DNA of 63,985 nucleotides, counting the filler, from Phoronis australis (Eukaryota; Animalia; Phoronida): NCBI GenBank assembly GCA_002633005.1. It is 8 parts of 8 records of this genome, joined end to end, with 100 filler letters (N's around TTAATTAATTAA, not from the genome) between each part and the next. Parts side by side here need not be neighbours in the genome. Positions count along the whole stretch, not along the records: positions 1 to 23,344 come from NMRA01000747.1; 7 more parts are not named here. One strand, 5' to 3'. Below, piece after piece: positions 1-12,200 of the stretch. A program made the position numbers and the translations under genes. The notes beneath the pieces are model-generated. The model did no database searches, was not told where the DNA came from, and was given only the letters and a program-made list of their open reading frames with translations. Numbering within the stretch: the first letter of the stretch is position 1; each line of letters opens with the position of its first letter.

Positions 1-135
1 GCAGACCGGACCTAACAAGTTGTAAATCTGTGTAGCAACAGGACATTCTGTTTTGTTTACTAATCCACATTTGCACTGAAACCTGATATTAAATATATAA
101 GAAATTGATTTCACAAGTCGTTTGTGTACACATTT

Positions 136-356
136 CATGCCTGCACACCTAGCCTAAAAAATGTGAGGCTCGAAGTTTTGGGAAAACGAGTGGATCCAGG
201 CTTTAAGGTACATTTAGAGCCGATTTTTGGTAGTACCTGCCCTTTTAGTGTACTTTTGTCTCGTTTTCTCTGATAATTTGTTTTTCTGAGGCTGCCCTTA
301 TTGCCCACTTCGCCAAATGGGACTCGTTCGAACCCCTCCCCTTGGGTGCGCGCATG
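136..356. mobile_element. Short MITE, copy 1 (hAT-like CATGC... termini)
   Basis: Aligns along its whole length with the reverse complement of 1921-2179. Ends are CATGCCTGCACACC and GGGTGCGCGCATG. No convincing TSD. Confidence 0.65.
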
Positions 357-1920
357 TATTTACCGATGCTGAGGTTGTTAAAACACCCACTTTTCAGAAT
401 TGAAGAGGTATATAAAGCCAAAACTCTAATAAATACATTTTAAACACATCGCGGGTAATTTACTACTTGGGGATCCTTACGTGAGTCCACATATTGGATG
501 TTGCAAGATTTCTCGGCCAGAAACTTGACGAACTCTTTCATCGACAGTTTTCAAATTTCCCGCCCCTAATGATTATATATATATATCAAGGTATATATGA
601 GCGCATGTACTCAATCGGACTCGAAATCACCATAGTTTTGCTTGTGGTCAGAATCGAATTTTCTAAGGGAAATGTGCTACGTCTGTGTCTTGTAGTACTA
701 ACTAAGGAGACGGGTGACTTAAGTGCGGGAAAAATCGACCGGGAGTGAAGAGCAAGTCACGGTTCGTTTTTTTTGAAATTTGAAAGGAGAATGCATCAAT
801 AGGCTTCTGTTTCAGTAGGAGAGAACCACTTTGAATGATGGAATTTATTCTGTTTTTCACGTCCTGTACCATTTAATGGCAAATCGAATAACATCAGGAT
901 TGCCTAGGTACACGAGTTGACCACTTCACCGTTGCCATGCGCTCTCCAGGATCGATATAGCTGAGACCTTCTGCAGGTATGTTAATAGTAAAGTCAGTAA
1001 CTGTATTTGTACTTCTGTCAAAGCTTGTTCACTTACCCAGATCACTAACATTTAGTTCAGTGAGGTGTTAGTACGTTGTTACTGTACACCGCCACTGAAC
1101 AAACAGCTTCATGACTTAGACTGTTTTAACCTTCATAGGCCGTAGTACCAGCTCTCCTGTCTTTAACCTCCGTGGCCACTATCTGGGGGCAGCGGGAACT
1201 TTGCATTTAACTCATCTACAGATGTGCAAAAGTCAATTTCAAAAAAATTCCCAAGAATACACTTGCATGTTTAGTTAGAATTTTAATTTAAAACATGGAA
1301 AAAATATAACCTCAACTAATGTGTCAACCACCAGGTGTCAGTGCAAAATCATCCGAACAGCCAATCAAATACCAGAAAAATATTGTGTCCATACCTTTCC
1401 CCTTCAAAAGTCGTCTGCTTGGCATGAAAACATTAATCAGAGGACAGTCAGGTGATGTTATCCTGCTGGCTTAGCTTGCTTGTTTATTGCTACTGACTAC
1501 ATTGGATAGTACCAATTCTTGGAATGGTGTGCAAGGTAATAGGCAATTACCAACTGAGGACCAAGGTTCAAAAACCAGCGGGCAATAGTTAGGAATTGAG
1601 GAAAGCCAAATCAAGTGGCTGAAACAATTCTTGGCACATTCCTGAATCATTTTGTGTTTTGCAAAGAACAGTTTTGGGACAGCTAGGACTGCTGAAACCA
1701 TGAATTATTAAACGATTGTGTGACTTTACAATTGTTTGGCAAGATGTCTGCCTCTTGCTGCATTCATGTGTAAGGTTCTGCTCAAATTTCTGAGCTCAGT
1801 GGAATTTTCAGATATTACCTGGTCTAAGGCTATTGCAAGCAAACGTATCAAACATTGAGTGCAAGAGAAGTATCATTGCTGATAAGTTTTTAAGTTTTTG
1901 TGAAAAAACAGAGCTCTTGT

Positions 1921-2179
1921 CATGTGCGCACCCAGAGGTGGGGGGGCTTGAGGGCTTGAACGTGCCTCCCCCATTTGGTTAAGTGGGTAAAAAGGTCCGC
2001 CTCACAGACACAAAAACTCCGAAAAAGTAGAAAACGAGATAAAACTTCACTAAAAAGGCAGGAACTACCAAAATTTGGCGAACGCACAATTCGTAGCTCT
2101 GAAGTACCCCGTTAATTTTAGTAAAGGTCCACATTCTCAAAAACATGAGCCCCCCATTTTTAGGCTTGGTGCACGCATG
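1921..2179. mobile_element. Short MITE, copy 2, inverted relative to copy 1
   Basis: Terminal inverted repeats CATGTGCGCACCCAG and CTTGGTGCACGCATG. Internal sequence is homologous to 136-356. Confidence 0.7.
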
Positions 2180-5100
2180 CTTCTATCACAAGCAGTGTTA
2201 CAGACACTTAACGGATGTAACAAAAAGTGAAATAGCCCTTAAAAAGAAAAAGAGACTAAGTTGATGATGGAAATAATGTTGAGCCCGCGAGAAAATTAAG
2301 GAGATTATCACTGTCAGTTACATGTACATTTAGCAGTGCTCAAAGAAATAAACCGTATATGTCTTGCCACCACAATGAATCATTTGCCACAAATCAAATT
2401 TAATCACATGGGTACTTCACAAACAAAAGAAAAGTTGAAAACCTGTCCCAGTTCCAAACAATCAATTGTAAATAGGCCTACCTATTCTTAATTTGAAAGG
2501 TGTCATTTATGGTAAATAATCTTTAGTTTAGGTCACCTTACAAAAATTATGTTGCTTGATAAATTTGTAGTAATTGTCGTCTCAATCTCAGATGTACTGG
2601 TAGTAGTTTTTACCTACATGTGAGTGATCAGCACTGCTTTTTATGAATTTCTAAGCCTATTTTGAGACCTTTTATGTAAAATCATGAGCAGTGCTTGGAA
2701 TTTGAGAAATAATTATATAAATGGAAATATTGCCTGTGTTCTGTAATTTATTTATCTTTAAAATTCAAATTTTGCACAGATATCAGTATCTCACGTTTTG
2801 AAGATTGTTGAATTGGAGTTTTTAACGAAGAAAAATGTTTACTCTTCCAACTATGTGCTATTTAAAACAGGATGTCAAATGAAATTTTAACTCTACGGTA
2901 AAGAGGACGCTTTTGAATTTCAAACAAAAACTATTGCCAACGTGACCTTTTCTTTTCAAAGGCTGAACTACTGTATTAAGGATGATAAAATGTTTCAATG
3001 TTTTAAATTGTTTAAAGGCAGCTGCACCGTGCAATCAATGCTAGTAATGATGCTCATTTCTCTTAATGCTTATTTTTGCTGAGGACTTAGACAAAATGAA
3101 ATTTCATTTGTTGGCCATACTGTGTGCCTAAGTGAAGAGCATTTTGGATATCTATTTCAGTTAAATAGGATTACTGTAAGATGAAATGGTATTCAGGTTG
3201 TCAAAACTTTTTTTATTTTGGGTAGGATGCAGGCTTGCAGACGTTTTTTTAACTTTGTCTTTACCATTAAAGTTGGGTTCAAAATTTGTGTTTTCTGGTT
3301 AACTAATGGAAGACATTGAACCACTTGTATGCACATCAACAGTTAACAAAGCACACTACCACACATTCAGGTTGAAATCTGTGATCTGCCTTCTCATCAT
3401 GATTGTTTGCTGTTACATGCTATTAGAGCAAACTAACAGTGTGCCTTTCCTAAAGGAGCCTTGCAACAGCATGTCAGTGAACTCCAGAAAATGGATGGCT
3501 TTTGGAGCAGGTTACATAACGCGGAGATGTCATGAGGACTGGATTGGGACCACAGGGGTCTCACGCTCCACCGGCTTATCTACACTAATTTGAAAAGGCT
3601 TTGTCCAGTCACGCATTGTGCGACATAAATTGAGATAATGATACCAACAGCTGACGCTACAAGCAGAACTACTTTCGTTTACTTCCTTGGTGCACTAACT
3701 GGAGAAATTTAGAATTAGACTTTTAAACACTATCCGATCGTCAATTTTTTTCGGGAGATTTAAATCACAATGTAGTTTGCGCAAAGACGATGCGCGATTT
3801 TTAGAGGTGTAGCCTATTGACGATGATCAACGTTAAAACGGAGAGCAAATAAGTGCGTTGTTGATCATCCAATCGGTAGGTTTGCGAGAAAGCGACGACC
3901 TTGCCGAAACTGAATAACGGAAACGCTTGAAAATCATTACAAGCGAGAAAGAGAAAACAAATATTTTCTGACGTTTAGGCTCATTAACTTTGAGTAAACG
4001 AAACGTCGCAAATATGTTCCGTTTTCTCTTGCGCGCTAATAATCAGATTCCTATAACTAGTGTTATGGCCAAAAACCGAGTTTGGAAACATCTAGACTAA
4101 ATTCTTGATGGTGTCATATTTTAGCCAGCGACCACACACGGTATAAAAATGAATGAAAAGCTGAATTAGGTAAAACTTGACTTGATGGAATTCACTTCAA
4201 GGAACGCATAAATATCACCATCATCTTCATGTCAAAATTGCCAAACTAAAACTCGAGGGGGAGGGCACGAACCTTAAAGTCCTGGTACGCGTTTTCGTTA
4301 ACGAACTTCAAAAATAGAGCATGGTGGAGTGTTTGAAAGAGCCAAAATCCATCCAAGTCGAAGTGGCCATAACGGAGCGATTTAATTGCTGTGTACCTAA
4401 ATTAACAGGCACAGAAAAGGTGACTTACAGTATGATTTTCTGAAACATACCGCAGCGAAATCGTCAAAGAAAAAGCGCCTCTTGCCACCTAAAACGGACA
4501 AAAACAACCAAAGCTCACAACGCGTTGCTTGCCTGAAAAAGTAACTTTCACTTGTTTTTTGTGGTTAGACATGTGATGTGTACCCATATTTTTGGTCGTG
4601 GCCCCCCTACAACGGGCTACGACTTCAAATGACACGTATATATTGACGATGTCCAAATTTAACTGCTCCACCGGTTCCCAGGTTTTCATGTGTTTTGTAA
4701 TTCAAAATGATTGCATAAACTTAGGAATAAATGCGAGTTACAGGCACTACGTTCACAAAGAGTAAGAAAACAAAACCCCAGCGGCATAGGATCACCTCGC
4801 TTTAACAATGCATTGTGTGCATTCCACATAACAAGTAGGCCACTCTTCAGATTAGTGCTTTCGCAATGAAAATAACAGTAAGATTTCCGAATTGTGTAAT
4901 GTATATTGTACATTAGAATTTCAAAGACTGGTTAAGCAATAAACTAGTAACAACAATAACGGACACATGTCGCAATAAATACACCCCTAGTTTAATAGGA
5001 GCAAAACTAGCATTTCAAGCTCAACAATGCAGAAACAACACAAGCAGCTTAGACATTTCCAAAACCACACACGCAATACTGATGTGGTACATGAATGAGG

Positions 5101-7238
5101 TGCACATCTGGAGAAAAAGTAAAATATTCTCTCTAGTTGTGAATGTCCTGGCTGCATGAATCATCCAGGTCATTCACTGAATACCAGGCACATATCATAT
5201 CTGCGACAGGCTATCGGCAAATTGTGTAGTTATCTCCCCTCACATATAAATTCCTGATTATAGCTTGTTGTTGTGTATTTCTTATGGAGGGCTGCTGGCA
5301 AGATTTAGCGCATGCGCAGTAGTGCATGTTATAAATTTCTGGCGTTGGGTTATACCGGAAATGACTGTGCTCAGAAACTTCCACGTTTTATGCTAAATAA
5401 ATACTAGACACTTCTAATGATTGCTGCAAGAAAATGTTTTTAAAATGTTCCATTTACACAATCAGCATTTTTTACTGATTGTAACCTTTTAAATAACTCT
5501 ACTTAAAATCGACTTGTTTGAATTCAAAACAAGCTTTAGTCCAAAAATTTGAATGAATAAAAATAACTATTGGTCCATCAGTATCAATATTTTTTCTACA
5601 ATCAAACTGAGATTAGTCTCATCTGCTAACCTCTTTCAGCTACTTGTGCTGAGGTCTCTTTAAATTACGATACTGACTAATTGAAGCCCCAATATCGGTT
5701 GAAGTTACGTTCCCCGTTGCAGACTTGAGTCAATTGGGTGTCTTTTGACAATTCAAATGTTACAAAGAAGTTACAGAAAGTTAGGGACTTTGTGTGTGCG
5801 TGCATTTAAGATAGGATTGACCATAAGTGCGCTACGCTACTATGAAAAATTTTAGGTTGTCTGTTGAACTTCAAGTTGTCTGCAAATAACTTTTGGTTGT
5901 TCCGGATGGTCGAACCAGTGTCTTAATACGTTTTGCACCAGGAGCTGACTTAAGATTTTCATAAATTTGGAATAAAATGATATTTTGCAGCACTGTAACT
6001 GCTCCTTGAAAAATTCTAGCTTTCTAATTTTCAAGAATATACACCACTGTATTTTTTAAAAAATTTTTGACACCCCCTATAAATGCATTTGTTGATGAGT
6101 TTGAGTGCATAGCTTCTCCAGCCATCCCACAGCTTGCCTTCACTACAGAAAATTTGGAATTGAAATTTGTGCCAGTACAATCTGCCTTCTCATATTGTTT
6201 ACTGCAGCTGGGCCTTGTAATTTCATCCACCTGTCCTTTAACCAGAATCACTGACATCAGTATGTATCTGCTATGGTGGAGTGTTTACAGTGGACCTTGC
6301 CACCAGCCAATCATAAGAACCAGCAAACTTTCCCAAGGACAATTTGTCACTCATCCACAAGTTTGAGTAAATACTAATTTCACTTTCAGAACCTGGTGAC
6401 AAAGATCAGGCTCTGCGGCAGCAGAAGTAGCTGGCTGCTATCTACAACACAAAAACCTGGTTTGTAACAATAACCTTGCATTCTGGTTAATTAATGATGC
6501 CTCATCACATGTCCACCTGTGCCATTACCTTCCAGTCATTTGTCCTGGATTCTGGAATTGCACTAGAAAGTCTGAACTATAAAACTGACCTTGAATATGC
6601 TGAAGATGTGAAAGTTTTAATGTTTAATAGTAATAATTTTGTACTGATATGATTAATTACCCAAGTTAATTAATGGACGTTTAGTCTTGTGGTATTGATA
6701 TGAGAAATTAAGATTTCACAAACCTGAAGACATTTTCTTGTGTTATCTTACTATTTACTGAAGAAGGTACTATCTGACTTCATTTACATCTAATCTTAGA
6801 GAGGCATGGAATCCGAAGCTTGTCAAAAATTATCTTTTAAACAATTCCTGGTGAAAGTAGCATTTCGCAACGTAAAGTGCAGAGTAATTCACTTTCCTCT
6901 GTTAGGAAATTTCCAGAAAAATCATATTTATGATTTTTGAAATACGCACAAAGGAAAAACTGTGGTTATCATAGAGTTTCTAATCTCCGTCCCACGCGTG
7001 CATGTGTTCACATTGAGTCAGTTGCTTGAAGTCACTTGAGGTCATAGGTCACATTTTCCATGTAAGAGAAATGTTATTTGTCTATGTCTTGCCATACCAA
7101 ATAAGGAAACGTGTTTTGCCTTGTGCGAGAAAAAAATCGACAAAGTGGCAAGCAGTTCAAACATTTTTTTTTAAATTTGAAACTAAAAGAAAATGATTCG
7201 ATATCAACAGAAATTAAAAGTATATACGAACAAATCAA

Positions 7239-7860
7239 CTCGAGCAGGTTGAATTATGTTTCAGTGGGAGAGGACCTCTTTCAGTATTGCAATTTGGTAT
7301 GTGTTTTGCGTTCCAGGCCTCTTTATTAGCTGCTGAGTGCTAAATGCATGTTGTGTTTGTTAACATGACTTTTTTCAAGCTGCTAAGACAACTTGCCAGG
7401 AAAAAGATAATCAAAAGGGTAAGCCATTTAATGATTTTTGTCATAATTTCAGTCATCAATCCAGTCGTGACTCCAGGTGGTGCAGACCCTTGCTTGTTGA
7501 TTCCACAGCTCTATCCAATATCCAACATCAATGAAAACAACATTCTAGATTGACCACTACTGTAAGTTAGTTGATATTTGTGACAAGTACAAAGTTTCTG
7601 TGCTCATCTGTAGGGCTTGTGATACCTGTAATACCTGTAATACCTGTCACGGACAGGATCATTGGGGATATGCTGGTGCATTAATCCCCTCCCCAGACCA
7701 TCCCCGTGACAGCAGAAGGTGCAGAACTAGGGCTTGTGATGTGAAATGACTCAAAACTTTTCTTTATTTGCATGCAGTTTTTGGCAGAGTGAAGAAAGGG
7801 TGAAGAGTCCATTGACGTGTGTTCTGATAGGCAAATCCCCATGAGAACTGTTCAGTGAAT
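7239..7860 (+). repeat. 622-bp segment duplicated at 8645-9266 across the N gap
   Basis: Near-identical at offset 1406. I see one substitution (AAAAGGGT vs AAAGGGGT). Probably two alleles assembled in tandem. Confidence 0.9.
7624..7727 (-). mobile_element. 5'-truncated non-LTR retroposon 3' end (104 bp) with 13-bp TSD; second copy at 9030-9133
   Basis: Flanked by direct repeat TAGGGCTTGTGAT (7611-7623, 7728-7740), which is single-copy in other macrosatellite units. Minus strand ends in an (ATTACAGGT)n tail preceded by a CTGTCACGG...CCGTGACAG stem-loop. Confidence 0.75.
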
Positions 7861-8163
7861 AGCGGATTTGCAGCGACGCCATATTGAAATTAGGTTAAAA
7901 TGGTGCATTGTGGGTGCTGTGGTCAGGATTCCGAAAGCGGCCATAGTAACAAGCATAATACGCGGTATGAGCGCGAAGAAAACTTACGGCGGATACACTT
8001 GTTGTGTTCCTAATTCTGCTTCAGAAACAACAAGAGAGATAAAAATCTGAGTTTGTATATGTTCCCTGCAAACCAAGAACTTCGTGAAAAATGGATAAAC
8101 AACATTAGGAGACCTGGGAGTAAGGGGAAATTAAGCGCATTCAAACGAACGCGGGGCCATCTA
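7861..8163 (+). mobile_element. 5' end of a THAP-transposase DNA transposon (ISL2EU/PIF-Harbinger-related), truncated by gap
   Basis: Starts right after AT (7859-7860), where the duplicate copy continues into satellite. 7968-8163 reads MSAKKTYGGYTCCVP[frameshift]FCFRNNKRDKNLSLYMFPANQELREKWINNIRR, a THAP signature (CxxxxC...FP...R..W..IRR). Confidence 0.75.
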
Positions 8164-8644
8164 NNNNNNNNNNNNNNNNNNNNNNNNNNNNNNNNNNNNN
8201 NNNNNNNNNNNNNNNNNNNNNNNNNNNNNNNNNNNNNNNNNNNNNNNNNNNNNNNNNNNNNNNNNNNNNNNNNNNNNNNNNNNNNNNNNNNNNNNNNNNN
8301 NNNNNNNNNNNNNNNNNNNNNNNNNNNNNNNNNNNNNNNNNNNNNNNNNNNNNNNNNNNNNNNNNNNNNNNNNNNNNNNNNNNNNNNNNNNNNNNNNNNN
8401 NNNNNNNNNNNNNNNNNNNNNNNNNNNNNNNNNNNNNNNNNNNNNNNNNNNNNNNNNNNNNNNNNNNNNNNNNNNNNNNNNNNNNNNNNNNNNNNNNNNN
8501 NNNNNNNNNNNNNNNNNNNNNNNNNNNNNNNNNNNNNNNNNNNNNNNNNNNNNNNNNNNNNNNNNNNNNNNNNNNNNNNNNNNNNNNNNNNNNNNNNNNN
8601 NNNNNNNNNNNNNNNNNNNNNNNNNNNNNNNNNNNNNNNNNNNN
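8164..8644. other. Scaffold gap (N run)
   Basis: 481 N with no linker motif. Confidence 0.99.
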
Positions 8645-9266
8645 CTCGAGCAGGTTGAATTATGTTTCAGTGGGAGAGGACCTCTTTCAGTATTGCAATT
8701 TGGTATGTGTTTTGCGTTCCAGGCCTCTTTATTAGCTGCTGAGTGCTAAATGCATGTTGTGTTTGTTAACATGACTTTTTTCAAGCTGCTAAGACAACTT
8801 GCCAGGAAAAAGATAATCAAAGGGGTAAGCCATTTAATGATTTTTGTCATAATTTCAGTCATCAATCCAGTCGTGACTCCAGGTGGTGCAGACCCTTGCT
8901 TGTTGATTCCACAGCTCTATCCAATATCCAACATCAATGAAAACAACATTCTAGATTGACCACTACTGTAAGTTAGTTGATATTTGTGACAAGTACAAAG
9001 TTTCTGTGCTCATCTGTAGGGCTTGTGATACCTGTAATACCTGTAATACCTGTCACGGACAGGATCATTGGGGATATGCTGGTGCATTAATCCCCTCCCC
9101 AGACCATCCCCGTGACAGCAGAAGGTGCAGAACTAGGGCTTGTGATGTGAAATGACTCAAAACTTTTCTTTATTTGCATGCAGTTTTTGGCAGAGTGAAG
9201 AAAGGGTGAAGAGTCCATTGACGTGTGTTCTGATAGGCAAATCCCCATGAGAACTGTTCAGTGAAT

Positions 9267-12200
9267 TCTAATGAAAAAATGGGCAGGTCCGTATCGACTG
9301 ATGGACTAATGAAAAAATTGACAAGTCCATATCAACCAATGGCCTAATGAAAAAATGGGGAGGTCTGTATCGACTGATGACCTAATGAAAAAATGGGCAG
9401 GTCCGTATCGACTGATGGACTAATAAAAATGGACAGGCCCATATCGACTGATGGACTAATGAAAAAATGGACAGGTCCATATCGACTGATGGCGTAATAA
9501 AAAAATGAGCAGGTCAGTTTTGACTAATGACCTAATGAAGAAATGAGCAGGTCCGTATCGACCGATTGCCTAATGAAAAAACGGGCAGGTCCGTATCGAC
9601 TAATGCCCTAATGAAAAAATGGGCATGTCCGTATCGACTTATGGCCTAATGAAAAAAGGGCAGGTCCGTATCGACTGATGGCATAATGAAAAATTGGCAG
9701 GTCCGTTTTAACTAATGCGATAATGAAAAATGTACAGTTCTGTATCGAGCGATGGCCTAATGAAAAATTGGACATGTTCGTATCGACTGGTGAAGTAATG
9801 AAAAAATTGGCATGTCCGTTTTAACTAATGGCCTACTGAAAAAATGGACAGGTTCGTTTTGACTAACGGCCATCATAACCTAAGGTGGCACTGATTAGTT
9901 AGGCTGCGGCTGCAGCCAATTTGCACTCCCAAAATATTAAAATTTTGGGGTAGGTCAAGTTTGGGGGCATTTTGTAGGTGCGCATTGCGTGTAGGCTCAG
10001 TGAATGTGGTTCGTTTGCATTTGTGAACATGCTGAGAATAAAAAGGTCACTTTCTCGGCTGTAGCTGCACTCTTCTTCAAGATGGCGGCCCCCCGTTGCA
10101 ATTGTGCATTGCTGGGTAGCGACTGAGAAATTGGCCGCGATTTCAGGTAGTCCTCACACAAGCCAGATTTGCAAAAAAACTAGTTAGTTGACAGTACTTT
10201 TGGACCACATTTTCGGAATCTATAGGGAATTTGCCTTCAGATTCTATTCTTGGTTTTAGTCGTGCATCGGCAGCGAAGTGATGCTTTTAGGGTGAAAAGT
10301 GCTGATTTTGCATTTTTTGCCTTAGTTCAGCTTGGATTCCAGTGGGAGTGAAATGGTCAAAAATGCAAGAGAGTACAAAGTTTCTGTGCTCATCTGTAGG
10401 GTTTGTGATGTGTAATGACTCAGAACTTTTCATTATTTGCATGCAGTTTTTGACAGAGTGAAGAAAGGGTGAAGAGTCCATTGACGTGTGTTCTGTTAGG
10501 CAAATCCCCGTCAGAACTGTACAGTGCGTCCTAATGAAAAAATGTGCAGGTCCGCATCGACTGAAGGACTAATGAAAAAATGGACAGGTCCATATCAATC
10601 GATGACCTAATGAAAAAATGGGCAGGTCTGTATCGACTGATGGACTAAGGAAAAAACGGGCAGGTCCATATCGACTGATGGACTAATGAAAAAATGAGCA
10701 GGTCAGTTTTGACTAATGGCCTAATGAAGAAATGAGCAGGTCCGTATCGACTAACGCCCTAATGTAAAAATGGGCAGGTCCGTTTCGACTTGTGGCCTAA
10801 TGAAAATATGGACAGGTATGTATCGACTGATGGCGTAAAGAAAATATGCGCAGGTCCATATCGACTAATGCCCTAATGAAAATATGGGCAGGTCCTTGTC
10901 GACTGATGGCATAATGAAAAATTGACATGTCCGTTTTAACTAATGCGATAATGAAAATGTACAGTTCCGTATCGAGTGATGGCTTTATGAAAAAATGGAC
11001 ATGTTCGTATCGACTGATAGCGTAATAAAAAAATGACAGACCCGTTTTAACTAATGGCCTACTGAAAAAATGGACAGGTCCATATCCACCAATGGCCTTA
11101 TGATAAAATGGGCATGTCCGTATCGACTGATGGTCTAATAAAAATGGACAGGTCCGTTTCGACTGATGGCCTAATGAAAAAATGAGCAGGTCAGTTTTGG
11201 CTAGTGGCCTAATGAAGAAATGAGCAGGTCCTTATCGACCGATTGCCTAATGAAAAATTGGGCAGGTCCATATCGACTAATGCCTAATGAAAAAATGGGC
11301 AGGTCAGTATCGACTTGTGACCTAATGAAAATATGTACAGGTCCATATCGACAGATGGCCTAATGAAAAAACGGGCAGGTCCTTATCGACTGATGGACTA
11401 ATAAAAATGGACAGGTCCATATCAACTGATGGACTAATGAAAAAATGGACAGGTCCATATCGACTGTTGGCCTAATGAAAAAATGGGCAGCTCTGTATCG
11501 ACTTGTGTGGCCTAATGAAAATATGGACAGGTCTGTATTGACTGATGGCCTAATGAAAAAACGGGCAGGCCTGTATCGACTAATGCCCTAATGAAAAAAT
11601 GGACAGGTCCGTATCGACTGACGGCATAACGAAAAATTGGCAGGTCCGTTATAACTAATGCGATAATGAAAAATGTACAGTTCCTTATCGAGTGGTGGCA
11701 TAATGAAAAATTTGGTAGGTCCGTTTGAACTAATGGCTTACTGAAAAAAATGGACAGGTCCGTTTTGACTTACGGCCATCATAACCCAAGTCGGCACTGA
11801 TTAGTTAGGCTGCGGCTACGGCCAATTTGCAATCCCAACATATAAAAATTTTGGGGTAGGTCAAGTTTTGGGGCATTTTGAAGGTGGTCATTGCATGTAG
11901 GGTCATGAATGCGGTTTGTTTGCATTTGTGAAAATGCTGAGAATAAAAAGGCCACTTTCTCGGCTGTAGCTGCACTCTTCGTCAAGATGGCATTCCCCAG
12001 TTGCAATTGTGCATGGCTGGGTAGCGACTGAGAAATTGGCTGCGATTTCAGGTAGTCCTCAAACAAGCCAGATTTGCAAAAAAACTAGTTAGTTGACAGT
12101 ACTTTTGAACCACATTTTCGGAATCTGTAGGAAATTTGCCTTCAGAATCTATTCTTGGTTTTAGTCGTGCATCGGCAGGGAAGTGGTGATTTTAGGGTGA

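Noticed and set aside
5850-6600. Overlapping ORFs with protein-like text on both strands
   Set aside because: No recognisable domain, stops in all frames and no consistent exon chain. It may be a decayed gene but I cannot support a call.
7454-7561. Exon-like segment (TTTCAG...GTAAGT)
   Set aside because: Stop codons in all three frames and no partner exons identified.
8053-8658. 201-aa ORF
   Set aside because: Mostly N gap. Only the first ~37 codons are real (THAP remnant).
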